A stretch of 64,000 nucleotides of DNA from Calditrichaceae bacterium (lineage in GTDB: Bacteria > Calditrichota > Calditrichia > Calditrichales > JBFXGD01): positions 64,001 to 128,000 of the forward strand of contig JBFXLE010000006.1 in the NCBI GenBank assembly GCA_050173015.1, in the 5' to 3' direction. Below, piece after piece: positions 17,338 through 27,263 of the stretch. The translations under genes and the position numbers were made by a program. Each line of letters starts with the position of its first letter. Within the stretch, counting starts at the first letter, position 1. Below the pieces are notes generated by a model. It had not been told where the DNA came from, searched no databases, and worked only from the letters and a program-made list of their open reading frames with translations.

Positions 17338-18606
17338 ATGGATTTAAAAATTCAGTTTGAACAATATTTTTTGGATAATGGTCTGCGTGTGATTCTGCAT
17401 GAAGATCACCGTATTCCCGTTGTTGCTGTTAATCTTTGGTATCATGTGGGTTCCGGAAATGAACGCAAAGGCCGGACAGGATTCGCGCATTTGTTTGAAC
17501 ATATGATGTTTCAGGGGAGTGAGCATGTGGGAAGCGACAAGCATTTCAAACTTGTTCAGTCCGCCGGTGGCAATCTGAACGGATCGACTTTTTTTGACCG
17601 AACCAATTATTATGAAACCCTGCCTTCACATTATCTGGAAATGGGGCTCTGGCTGGAATCAGACCGTATGGGATTTCTTCTGCCGGCCATGACTCAGGAA
17701 AAACTTGATAATCAGCGTGATGTCGTTAAGAACGAACGACGTCAGCGAGTTGACAATCAGCCTTATGGTCTATGGCTCGAAAAGATTCTTGAGCTCTCAT
17801 ATCCTGATGATTTTTCGTATCACTGGCCCATTATAGGTTATATGGAGGATCTTGAGGCGGCAACCCTGGATGATATCCGGCAGTTTTTCAAAATGTATTA
17901 TGCCCCACGAAACGCTTCACTGACGCTGGCCGGAGATTTTGATCCGGCTCAGGCCCGGGCGCTTATAGAAAAATATTTCGGTGAAATTAAAAATGATGAG
18001 GTAAAACCTCCCGCGGTCGTGCCGTTTGAAGGCTTTTACAAGGGGGAAAAACGGGATGTATTGATGGATAACGTTCAGCTCCCCCGGATATATATGGCGT
18101 ATCATGTACCGCCTTACGGAACCGATGAATGGTACGCGCTGGATCTAATGTCAGATATCCTTTCAGCAGGAAAAAGTTCACGACTGTATCAGTCTCTGGT
18201 TTATGATTTGCAGATTGCTCAGGACGCATTCGCGTTTATTCTTCCGATGCAGCGAAGTTCTCTGATGATATTTATAATCACTCCAAAACCGGGGGTAGAA
18301 ATCGATTTTCTGGAGTCAGCGCTTGAAAAGGAAATTGAAAGAGTGAAATCGGACCTGATTGAAACCGGAGAGCTGGATCGTGTCGTAAACCAAATTGAGG
18401 CGAGAAAAACACGAGAACTTCAATCAAATGCATCTAAAGCCGATATGTTAAATATGTTTGCCACCTATTTTGATAAACCTGAACTTATCAATGAAGAAAT
18501 TGATCGCTATCATTTAGTAAACCCGGAAAAGATGAGAGACGCGGCGCAAAAATATCTGAATATTGACAACCGCGCGGTTGTAACTTTTTTACCAAAAACG
18601 AAATAA
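17338..18606 (+). CDS. M16 (pitrilysin family) zinc peptidase, catalytic subunit
   Basis: GFAHLFEHMMFQGS (HxxEH); DRTNYYE; VVKNERR. Confidence 0.93.
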   Translation: MDLKIQFEQYFLDNGLRVILHEDHRIPVVAVNLWYHVGSGNERKGRTGFAHLFEHMMFQGSEHVGSDKHFKLVQSAGGNLNGSTFFDRTNYYETLPSHYLEMGLWLESDRMGFLLPAMTQEKLDNQRDVVKNERRQRVDNQPYGLWLEKILELSYPDDFSYHWPIIGYMEDLEAATLDDIRQFFKMYYAPRNASLTLAGDFDPAQARALIEKYFGEIKNDEVKPPAVVPFEGFYKGEKRDVLMDNVQLPRIYMAYHVPPYGTDEWYALDLMSDILSAGKSSRLYQSLVYDLQIAQDAFAFILPMQRSSLMIFIITPKPGVEIDFLESALEKEIERVKSDLIETGELDRVVNQIEARKTRELQSNASKADMLNMFATYFDKPELINEEIDRYHLVNPEKMRDAAQKYLNIDNRAVVTFLPKTK

Positions 18607-18624
18607 ATTATTTAAGAGGAATAG

Positions 18625-19998
18625 ATGAATCGGACCATTGATCGCAAAAAAATACCGGCGCCGGGGGAATACAGACCCTTCCATTTCCCGGAATATGAGA
18701 GCTTCACAATTGCAAACGGTCTAAAGGTCATACACGCGCCGTACGGCGATCTGCCTCTGGTCAGTATCAATCTTTGTATCCGAACTGGCGCATTGATTGA
18801 GAAGGAAGGCCGTGAAGGGCTGGCGAATTTTACTTCGGAATTACTATCTGAAGGCACAAAGTCCCGATCATCAGTGAATATTGCCAATGAACTTGAATTC
18901 CTTGGCGCGCATCTGGATATATTTTCTGATTGGAATGCCACATATGTGGAAATAAATACGCTCAAGAAGCATTTGGAAAGCGCAATGGATGTTTATGCCG
19001 ACATTTTATTTAATCCGACTTTTCCGGAGAGAGAATTTGAAAGGATAAAAAAGGAATTACTCACCGATAGACTTCAGGGCATGGATAATCCGTCAAAAAT
19101 CGCGAATGAGCGGTTCGCGGAATTCCTTTACGGAGATTTTAGATATGCGCGTCCGCTGGAGGGAAATGAAAATTCGCTTCAGAATATTACGCTGGAGGAG
19201 ATAAGAACTTTTTATCTCGACCAATATATACCGAATAATGCCGTGCTGGTGGTAGTAGGGGATATTTCCCGGGGGGAAGCGGAAGAACTTGTCAAAAAGT
19301 ATTTTTCTGAGTGGCGGCGAGGAACTTCTGTTGATTTTAAGGTGCCTGAGTTTAAAAATCCGGAGAATACATCCGTAAAACTGATACATAAAGAGGGCGC
19401 TGTTCAGACAGAGTTGAGAATAGGTCATCATGGTATTGAAAGAAACCACCCCGACTTTTATTCAGTGGCGTTAATGAATGAAATACTGGGCGGGTATTTC
19501 CTTTCCAGGATCAATATGAATCTCAGAGAAGAACATGGTTATACTTATGGCGCCGGTTCAAAATTTAATTTTAGACGGGGAACCGGACCCTTTCAGATTT
19601 CCACCGCGGCGGATATTCGTTATACCTTTGAAACGATCACCGAAATATTTAACGAGATAAGGGAAATACAGCTCGCGGAAGTGACCGATGATGAAATTCA
19701 GAATTCGAAAGGTCATCTCACCGGAATATTTCCGGTGGCATTTGAAACCGCGGATCAAATTGCTCTTGGTCTGGCGAATATTGTGGTGTTTGATTTGCCT
19801 CATGACTATTACCGTACTTTCAGGGATAAAATTAACAAAGTAACAAAGGAAGATATCCGGCGCGCGGCAAATAAATTTATCAATCCCGAGCAAATGTTTA
19901 TCGTCGCTACTACTGACCGCGTTAAAACGGAGGACAGACTCCGCGAATTATTTGATGTTACAGTATATGATATTATGGGGAATAAAATCGATTCCTGA
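18625..19998 (+). CDS. M16 peptidase non-catalytic partner subunit
   Basis: HxxEH replaced by NFTSE; SRINMNLREEHGYTYG R/Y motif; tandem with the active M16 gene. Confidence 0.88.
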   Translation: MNRTIDRKKIPAPGEYRPFHFPEYESFTIANGLKVIHAPYGDLPLVSINLCIRTGALIEKEGREGLANFTSELLSEGTKSRSSVNIANELEFLGAHLDIFSDWNATYVEINTLKKHLESAMDVYADILFNPTFPEREFERIKKELLTDRLQGMDNPSKIANERFAEFLYGDFRYARPLEGNENSLQNITLEEIRTFYLDQYIPNNAVLVVVGDISRGEAEELVKKYFSEWRRGTSVDFKVPEFKNPENTSVKLIHKEGAVQTELRIGHHGIERNHPDFYSVALMNEILGGYFLSRINMNLREEHGYTYGAGSKFNFRRGTGPFQISTAADIRYTFETITEIFNEIREIQLAEVTDDEIQNSKGHLTGIFPVAFETADQIALGLANIVVFDLPHDYYRTFRDKINKVTKEDIRRAANKFINPEQMFIVATTDRVKTEDRLRELFDVTVYDIMGNKIDS

Positions 19999-20080
19999 AA
20001 ATGAATATGGGACGATCTGCATGCAATGAACAAGAAAGCGCTATGTGGGTATATTTTTATCAATAAGCGATAATTAATTC

Positions 20081-20110
20081 TTGACATATATCAAGTCGTT
20101 AGCCTATTTT
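20081..20110 (+). promoter_or_regulatory. Putative sigma70 promoter
   Basis: TTGACA(20081-20086)-N18-TATTTT(20105-20110). Confidence 0.45.
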
Positions 20111-20159
20111 TATATAAGCCCTCCTTTCACGGCAACAAATATCTGTAGGATTAAGAATC

Positions 20160-20732
20160 ATGCACAAAAAACTGATGTTTGAGACCAAAGGAAATGTAGA
20201 ACTATTAAGTCAGAAGAGAATAGCTGTTTTTGCGTCAAAAAACACACCTGCTGAGCTGTTCAGAGCCGCTGAAGAGCTTTTTGACATCATGTCCAATCTT
20301 CCCCTGAGTATCGCCGGAGGATGGCAGGCGCCTCTTGAAAAGTCATTGCTTCAACGCGCGGATTCCGATAAATGCGCCAATTACATTATCTATCTTGCCC
20401 AAAATATCAGTAATTTTAAATTAAGTTTATTTATGGAAAAAGTAATGACGGAGAAAAAGTTACTGATTGTTTCACCCGGAATTCATCAGGCAAGAGCATC
20501 CGCTTTTGAGATAAAAAAGCGTGACAAATTGATATTTACGCAAATCAAAACGATCTTATTTTTATATATCTCGCCGGGTGGAATGCTCGAAAAATATTTC
20601 AACGAATTGAGCCAACTAAAATACCAGATATTTGTTCTGGATCATCCCCTGAACCATGCTTTTTTTACAAAAGACAGTATTCCGGTCAATCAGGATAATA
20701 TTGAACATCTACTGGGTGAAAGAAAGGCTTAA
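20160..20732 (+). CDS. Short DprA/SMF-like (SLOG Rossmann-fold) protein
   Basis: GNVELL...IAVFAS..P and IAGGWQAPLEK resemble degenerate DprA-core motifs; 190 aa. Confidence 0.5.
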   Translation: MHKKLMFETKGNVELLSQKRIAVFASKNTPAELFRAAEELFDIMSNLPLSIAGGWQAPLEKSLLQRADSDKCANYIIYLAQNISNFKLSLFMEKVMTEKKLLIVSPGIHQARASAFEIKKRDKLIFTQIKTILFLYISPGGMLEKYFNELSQLKYQIFVLDHPLNHAFFTKDSIPVNQDNIEHLLGERKA

Positions 20733-22642
20733 CGCGCTTTTTTTCCTAAAAACCGGACGATAAAAATAATCACTGTCCCACCGGCCAGAAGAGCCTCCCA
20801 GCCATGCAGGCCAAACCCTACCGGCAGATATCCAAACAGCATGCTGATCGCTGCTACCATAAGAGCATACGGTAATTGTGTACGCACATGGTCGATATGA
20901 TCCGCGCCCGATGCCATCGATGACATGATGGTTGTGTCGGAAATGGGTGAACAGTGATCGCCGAAAGTTGCTCCGGCAAGTATGGATGCAATCGAACTGA
21001 GAAATATTTCCATTTTTAACGCCTCGGATAACGACGGATCCGCTGCCGGGAGATGGTAAGCAAGAGGAATGACGATTGGTGTAAGGATGGCCATCGTTCC
21101 CCAGGAAGTTCCCGTGGCAAAGGCAATAACACCGGCTATCGAAAAAGACAATAAGGGTAAAAAATGCGGTGACAATAAATTGCCGGTGATACTTACAACA
21201 TAATCAGCCGTTTGAATATCAGCGCAAATATTGCCTATGGCCCAGGCCATCGTGAGAATAAGCGCGGCCATGACCATGGATTTAACACCGCCGACCCAGG
21301 CCATTATGGATTCGTTAAGATCAAGAATGCGTTGACTCACCGCCAGAATGATAGCCGCAATACTACCAAAAAATGCAGCCCACATAAGAACAGCAAATGA
21401 GTCGGCATTTCCTATTATTGTACTTGTAAAACGGATAAATCCCATGGAATCTATCTGCTGCTGGGAAAGCTGAGTGTTATTGATTCCGGTAAACCAAAGC
21501 CCTAACAAGGTCGAAAGGGTGACGACCGCGATTGGGATGAATGCATTGTACCATCTCAACGGGGCGCCTTCTCGAACAGATAATTCGGCATTATTGATGT
21601 CGGCCAGCGGAACAGCGCCGTCGCGCATCAGACCTTCAGAACTGGCAGCGCGTTTTTCCGCCCGATACATTGAAAAAAAATCACGTCCGAAAAAAGCGAT
21701 TGCAAAACCGAAAAGTAGTCCGAACAGGGGATAATAATTAAAGGGGATCGTTTTAAAAAATACAATATAGGCGTTTTCCTTAAGACCTATCGTTTGGAAG
21801 GCACTGCTTATAAGGCTTAATTCGTAACCGATCCAGGTTGAGATGATAGCGATATTTGCCACCGGCGCCGCGGTGGAATCGACCAGGTAAGCTAGTTTTT
21901 CACGGCTGATTTTAAGGCGGTCGGTCAGAGGGCGCATGGTGTTGCCTACAATAAGAGTGTTGGCGTAATCATCAAAAAATATCAGAACACCCATCAACCA
22001 TGTCGCGATTTGGCCGCGTCGGGCCGTCGATGCGTGACGTGATAACTTTTCAACGATCCCCTGGGTGCCTCCCGATTTACTAATCACACCAACCATGCCT
22101 CCGAGGGTCAGGCTGAAGATCAGAATAGAAGTTCGTTCGGGATCTGCGGGCGCTTTCGCGATATATTCCGTCAGACTATATAAAAATCCTGTAAAAAGAT
22201 TGTAATCGTAGATGAATGTGGCTCCGATCCAGACTCCGGCAAATAGGGCAATAAGCACCTGTCGCGTAACAAGAGCAAGGATAATCGCGATAAGCGGGGG
22301 CAGAAGACTCAGCCAACCGGGAATGACAACAATCTCCTGATCAAAATTATGGTGCTCATCGAACAGCCTGTATGTGCCGGATTCCGTAAACTTAACATCC
22401 GGTGCCGTCATCTTATTATCCAGAACAGGTAATTCCCGTTTAGATAAGATGACGCCTTCCCGCTCAATAAAAATAACGGTGGAAGAGTCATCTCCGGAGT
22501 CCGTCCGGAATGATAACTGATAAGTCACACCGGAAATATAAACCGCTTTTTTATTAATAAAATGATCTGTCCCGGGCTCTCCGGACAGAGTATAATGGAC
22601 GAACAGAAATAAGAAGATTAAAACGGATCTGACTAATGACAT
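20729..22642 (-). CDS. Na+/H+ antiporter, NhaC family
   Basis: IFFDDY, ISREKLAYLVDSTAAP, FATGTSWGT, FGDHCSPISDTT and HVRTQLPY motifs. Confidence 0.92.
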   Translation of the reverse strand: MSLVRSVLIFLFLFVHYTLSGEPGTDHFINKKAVYISGVTYQLSFRTDSGDDSSTVIFIEREGVILSKRELPVLDNKMTAPDVKFTESGTYRLFDEHHNFDQEIVVIPGWLSLLPPLIAIILALVTRQVLIALFAGVWIGATFIYDYNLFTGFLYSLTEYIAKAPADPERTSILIFSLTLGGMVGVISKSGGTQGIVEKLSRHASTARRGQIATWLMGVLIFFDDYANTLIVGNTMRPLTDRLKISREKLAYLVDSTAAPVANIAIISTWIGYELSLISSAFQTIGLKENAYIVFFKTIPFNYYPLFGLLFGFAIAFFGRDFFSMYRAEKRAASSEGLMRDGAVPLADINNAELSVREGAPLRWYNAFIPIAVVTLSTLLGLWFTGINNTQLSQQQIDSMGFIRFTSTIIGNADSFAVLMWAAFFGSIAAIILAVSQRILDLNESIMAWVGGVKSMVMAALILTMAWAIGNICADIQTADYVVSITGNLLSPHFLPLLSFSIAGVIAFATGTSWGTMAILTPIVIPLAYHLPAADPSLSEALKMEIFLSSIASILAGATFGDHCSPISDTTIMSSMASGADHIDHVRTQLPYALMVAAISMLFGYLPVGFGLHGWEALLAGGTVIIFIVRFLGKKAR

Positions 22643-22843
22643 TTTTTCTCCGGGAACTATTCAAATTGCGATTATAAGATATTTTTACCGGCAGTTTAAA
22701 AATAAAAATACAAACATTTAAAGTAAAGCAAAATTTACACGCCGGACAGCGCTAATAAGGCAAAATAAAGAATTAATCAAGTTATATGACTTGATTTGAT
22801 ACACTAAGCTGGTTAAATTATGCGTTTTAATCGGGGTGATAAA

Positions 22844-24157
22844 ATGAGAATATATCTGTGCCTAGTGATCATTTCAGTGTTGATCTCTTCGTCGATGGCT
22901 CAGGAACAGCAGGATGTACTAAAGGTTAAGACCCGGTACGGTTACGAGATTAACCGTAGACCAGCCATCAACTTCAACATTTTTGTGAATAATGATCATA
23001 TTGTCAATAATCCACATGTTTCCCTGGCCGTAGCGATTCAAAATGACGTTCTTCAATTTGAGAGGAAGGGGTCTGAATTTAAATCGGCTTTTCAGACCAC
23101 GATAGCTATCAGAAGTAAAGAGGGAGAACAGACCATTCTCACTGAAACATTTTCAGAAGATGTGGTCATAGAAAATTTTGAAGAGACGAATTCCCGGCAT
23201 AAATACCAATATAAATTATACAAATTAACCGATCTCAATTCATCGGGCATAATAAAGCTGGTCCCCGGCGAATATGAATGTTTGCTTGAAATAAGAGATT
23301 TGATCAGCAAAAAAACATATAATAGTAAACGTCCGTTTTCTGTCAAAAAAAAATCTGCTGAAGAAAAATATCAAACTTCCGAAGTAACGTTTTTAATAAA
23401 AAATCCGACAAATATAGATGATATCCCACTTCTCCCGAGTTTCTCCGCGATCGACTTTGCAGGGGATAATTACGCTTATCTCCGATTAATGGCGGTCCCG
23501 GATGACAGTCTTGTGATAAATGTCAGAATGTACCGCACGCGGAAGTTGGAAGATCAACTAATCCATCAGGAATTTATCAGTGTCATTCCTGACTCAGAGA
23601 TTGCTGACATCATTTACAAGATGCCGTCCAATCTTCTGGAAGAAGGAGAATATAAAATCAGGTTTAGTACGGGCGGTGAAAAATATCCTGTTAACCAGGT
23701 AAAAGAATTCTCGGTGGTGTGGTTCACAAAACCGGTATATCTGTACAGGACGGATCTGGCTCTGAGGCCGATGAAATATCTTCTTAAAGAAGATGAATTG
23801 AAAAATGTAAAAAAGATGAACGCGGATAAGATGACGGCCTGGTTTACGAATTACTGGAAAGAAAAAGATCCCTCTCCCGAAACGGTTTATAATGAACTTC
23901 AGGACGAATTTTATCAGCGCGTTGATGAGGCAAACAGAAAATTTCTGTCCCGGTTTAAGGAAGGCTGGGAAACGGACAGAGGGCAGATTTTTCTTCTTTA
24001 CGGAGAGCCGCAGAAAATAGAGAACCGCAGGTACGCGACCTCGACAGTTCCATATATTGTCTGGCTTTATAATGAAGGTAAGGTGTCGTTTATTTTTGTT
24101 GATCAGGATAAAAATGGAGAGTTCCGGTTGTTGAAAAATGTGAATGGAAAGGAATAA
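22844..24157 (+). CDS. GWxTD domain-containing exported protein
   Basis: Signal peptide; WKEKDPSPET..NE...RV..AN..F...EGWETDRG.I...YGEP motif. Start set at 22844 because TTGATT-N17-TAAATT (22791-22819) abuts the upstream ATG and a GGGGTG RBS precedes 22844. Confidence 0.85.
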   Translation: MRIYLCLVIISVLISSSMAQEQQDVLKVKTRYGYEINRRPAINFNIFVNNDHIVNNPHVSLAVAIQNDVLQFERKGSEFKSAFQTTIAIRSKEGEQTILTETFSEDVVIENFEETNSRHKYQYKLYKLTDLNSSGIIKLVPGEYECLLEIRDLISKKTYNSKRPFSVKKKSAEEKYQTSEVTFLIKNPTNIDDIPLLPSFSAIDFAGDNYAYLRLMAVPDDSLVINVRMYRTRKLEDQLIHQEFISVIPDSEIADIIYKMPSNLLEEGEYKIRFSTGGEKYPVNQVKEFSVVWFTKPVYLYRTDLALRPMKYLLKEDELKNVKKMNADKMTAWFTNYWKEKDPSPETVYNELQDEFYQRVDEANRKFLSRFKEGWETDRGQIFLLYGEPQKIENRRYATSTVPYIVWLYNEGKVSFIFVDQDKNGEFRLLKNVNGKE

Positions 24158-24163
24158 TTATTT

Positions 24164-25174
24164 ATGGATAAGACCAGAGTCGGAGTAATCGGTGTAGGTC
24201 ACCTGGGTAAACTGCACGCTTCTCTTTACAGGGAAGTTGATGACGCGTACCTGGTTGGCATCTATGATGTTGATACAGAAAAATCAAAAAAAGTCGCGGA
24301 AGAATTACAGATAAGCGTGTTTGAAAATATGGACAGTTTGATTAAGCAGGTTGACGCGGTAAATATCGTTACTCCGACAATCACGCATTTTGAAATTGCG
24401 TTAAAAGCTTTGGAACAGGGTAAACATGTTTTTTTGGAAAAGCCGATTACTTATAAGGAAGAAGAAGCCCGGGCGTTGATCGAATCCGCGGCAAAAAACA
24501 ATTGTAAAATTCAGGTTGGACATATTGAGCGATTCAATTCCGCATTACTCGCGCTTGAGGATGTAACTTTGAATCCCTTGTTTATAGAAGCTCATCGTCT
24601 GGCTTCCTTTAATCCGAGAGGAACCGATGTGGCTGTGATTCTTGATCTGATGATTCATGATTTGGATCTGATTCTGCATCTGGTAAAGAGCAAGCCCGTA
24701 CATATCGATGCCAGCGGTGTCGGTGTTATTTCATCCACCATTGACATTGCCAACGCGCGGATTGAATTTGAAAACGGATGTGTGGCAAATGTAACCGCGA
24801 GCCGAATTTCGGCGAAAAAAATGCGAAAAATGCGAATTTTCCAGAAAAATGCGTATATATCACTGGATTTCGCGGATGGTTTTTCTGAAATCTTTTTTAT
24901 ACCGTCTGAAAATCAGATGCCGTTTCATGATGGTACTCTGGCTTTTTCACTCGGGCAGATAGATGAAGGGGAGAATAAGCGTGAAATTAAGTATAACCGG
25001 CTGCAGCGTTCAAACACAAATCCGCTAAGGTCGGAATTGAGTCATTTTGTTGACGCGATTCGTAACGATATTCCGGTTGCGGTTTCCGCCGAAGACGGGC
25101 TTGAAGCATTGAGCCTCGCTAACCAGGTACTTCAAAAAATAGAGAGTCACAGAATAAAAATAAAGGAACTTTAA
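24164..25174 (+). CDS. Gfo/Idh/MocA oxidoreductase, GnnA-like (UDP-GlcNAc 3-dehydrogenase)
   Basis: GVIGVGHLG, EKPI, GHIERFN, HRLASFNPRGTDV.VILDLMIHDLD and ANVTASRIS motifs. Confidence 0.75.
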   Translation: MDKTRVGVIGVGHLGKLHASLYREVDDAYLVGIYDVDTEKSKKVAEELQISVFENMDSLIKQVDAVNIVTPTITHFEIALKALEQGKHVFLEKPITYKEEEARALIESAAKNNCKIQVGHIERFNSALLALEDVTLNPLFIEAHRLASFNPRGTDVAVILDLMIHDLDLILHLVKSKPVHIDASGVGVISSTIDIANARIEFENGCVANVTASRISAKKMRKMRIFQKNAYISLDFADGFSEIFFIPSENQMPFHDGTLAFSLGQIDEGENKREIKYNRLQRSNTNPLRSELSHFVDAIRNDIPVAVSAEDGLEALSLANQVLQKIESHRIKIKEL

Positions 25175-25189
25175 TCGAAAGGATTTAGA

Positions 25190-25762
25190 GTGAAAATTGG
25201 TGAAATTCTATTCAAGACCCGCGGATATCTGCCTGTTCCGTTTATCATTGTCGCCCTGATTTGGGCGGAGCCAAACAGTATTTTACTCATTACCGGAGTA
25301 TTAATGGTGATTTCGGGTGAACTCATTCGGATATGGGGGGTGAGTTATGCCGGAGGCGCCACAAGAACAAGAAAAGTCGGCGCGAAGAAACTTGTGACGA
25401 ACGGCCCGTTCGCTTTCGTGAGAAATCCCCTGTATCTGGGTAATATGTTAATGTATAATGGCGTTATGGTTCTTAGCGGGAGTTTACTGCCATATTCCCT
25501 GATCCTGATGTTCATTTTCTCTTTTGTACAGTATCACTTTATTGTCAAGCTGGAAGAGGGAAAACTCAGTGAATTATTCGGAACTGAATATATACAGTAT
25601 CACGATAATGTGCCGAGGTTTTTTCCGAAACTGATACCATACAAAAATAAATCAGATTTTATACCCGATGTAAAGGGCGCGATAAGATCAGAACGCAGCA
25701 CCTTTTACGCGCAATTTGCCGTTCTCATGGTTTTTGCGATGAGATTTTATTTGGGCGCGTAA
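25190..25762 (+). CDS. ICMT/PEMT-family membrane methyltransferase, LmtA-like
   Basis: GTG start; LFKTRGYLP, GELIRIWG..YAG, LVTNGPFAFVRNPLYLGN and EE..L...FG.EY..Y...VPRF motifs. Confidence 0.75.
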   Translation: MKIGEILFKTRGYLPVPFIIVALIWAEPNSILLITGVLMVISGELIRIWGVSYAGGATRTRKVGAKKLVTNGPFAFVRNPLYLGNMLMYNGVMVLSGSLLPYSLILMFIFSFVQYHFIVKLEEGKLSELFGTEYIQYHDNVPRFFPKLIPYKNKSDFIPDVKGAIRSERSTFYAQFAVLMVFAMRFYLGA

Positions 25763-25800
25763 AAAATTATGTAAAAAGTAACGATAAACAATAAATCCGC

Positions 25801-27231
25801 ATGTCCGGAGGTATTATGTTTAGTGGATCAAACGGAAAGTATCATCTTGATGGTATTAAATCATATATTGTCGGTTATGATAAATCGGTTCCACTTCTGA
25901 ATGGAGAGAAGAAAAGATATATTAATTTTGACAACGCCGCAAGCACCCCCACACTCCGACCTGTCTTAGACACCGTAAATGACTTCATGAACTGGTATTC
26001 GAGCATTCATCGCGGTACAGGATTCAAATCACAGTTAAGCACACACCTTTATGAACAGAGCAGAGATATTGTCAGACAATTCTTCAATGTTCATGATGAT
26101 GAACACACTATTATTTTTGGGAAAAACGCGACCGAGGCCATTAATAAGCTGGCGCGGAGAATACCATTAAAAGATGACAGCGTCATACTTGTTTCGAAAA
26201 TGGAGCATCATTCAAATGATTTACCATGGAGAATGCGCGCCAAAGTAGCGCACATAGATGTTGACGGAAGCGGGCGACTGAATATGGATGATCTGAAGCA
26301 AAAACTGGTTGAGTATGAAGGACGTATTCAGCTGGTGGCGATAACCGGCGCATCGAATGTGACCGGGTTTATCAATCCGATGAAAGATATCGCGCGAATG
26401 GTACATGCTCACGGCGCGGAGTTAATGGTGGATGCGGCGCAGCTTGCTCCGCACCGGTCCATTGATATGGGAGCGCAAGATGATCCGGCGCATATAGATT
26501 ATCTTGCTTTTTCAGCTCATAAGATCTATGCGCCATTTGGTTTGGGGGTCCTTGTTGCCAATCGCAAAGCTTTTTCCGAAGGCAGCCCTGATTATGTCGG
26601 TGGAGGCACGGTGGATATTGTCTCCATTGATCATGTATTCTGGACCGATGTTCCGGAGAAGGAAGAAGCCGGAACTCCAAATGTTGTGGGAGCGATCGCT
26701 CTTGCAAAAGCGCTGCAGATCGTTTCAGAAATCGGCATGGATCAAATCGCCGCACATGAGGCAAGGCTCACGGCGTACTCACTGAAAAAAATGAAAAAAA
26801 TCCCCGGGATGATGATCTACGGCTCCATCGATGAATCGGAGGTCGAAAACCGTCTTGGAGTGATATCATTCAATCTGCTGAATAAAGACCACGCGCTTGT
26901 GGCGGCGATAATGAATTATGAAAGCGCTATAGGTGTTCGAAATGGTTGTTTTTGCGCGCATCCGTATATTAAATGCCTGCTTGGTGTCACGGTCGATGAG
27001 AATTTACAGCTGGAAGAACGTATTCTCCACAAAGACCGCAGTCTTATCCCGGGGGCGGTTAGAATGAGTTTTGGCATGTATAATGATGAATCGGAAATCG
27101 ATCAGTTTATCGAAATGATCGAAAAAATCGCCAGAGATGAATACAAAGGTAAATACATACAGGAAAAGTGTACCGGGGAATACAAGCCGGAAAATTTTGA
27201 CTTAAAGTTTGATCAGTATTTCAAGCTATAA
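25801..27231 (+). CDS. Class V PLP-dependent enzyme (cysteine desulfurase/SufS-like)
   Basis: NFDNAAST, EHHSNDLPW, DAAQ, FSAHK (PLP Lys), EAGTPN and VRNGCFCAHPY motifs; possible start at 25816. Confidence 0.85.
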   Translation: MSGGIMFSGSNGKYHLDGIKSYIVGYDKSVPLLNGEKKRYINFDNAASTPTLRPVLDTVNDFMNWYSSIHRGTGFKSQLSTHLYEQSRDIVRQFFNVHDDEHTIIFGKNATEAINKLARRIPLKDDSVILVSKMEHHSNDLPWRMRAKVAHIDVDGSGRLNMDDLKQKLVEYEGRIQLVAITGASNVTGFINPMKDIARMVHAHGAELMVDAAQLAPHRSIDMGAQDDPAHIDYLAFSAHKIYAPFGLGVLVANRKAFSEGSPDYVGGGTVDIVSIDHVFWTDVPEKEEAGTPNVVGAIALAKALQIVSEIGMDQIAAHEARLTAYSLKKMKKIPGMMIYGSIDESEVENRLGVISFNLLNKDHALVAAIMNYESAIGVRNGCFCAHPYIKCLLGVTVDENLQLEERILHKDRSLIPGAVRMSFGMYNDESEIDQFIEMIEKIARDEYKGKYIQEKCTGEYKPENFDLKFDQYFKL

Positions 27232-27263
27232 AAATCAGCGGAATTCATTCAATTCATTGAGAT

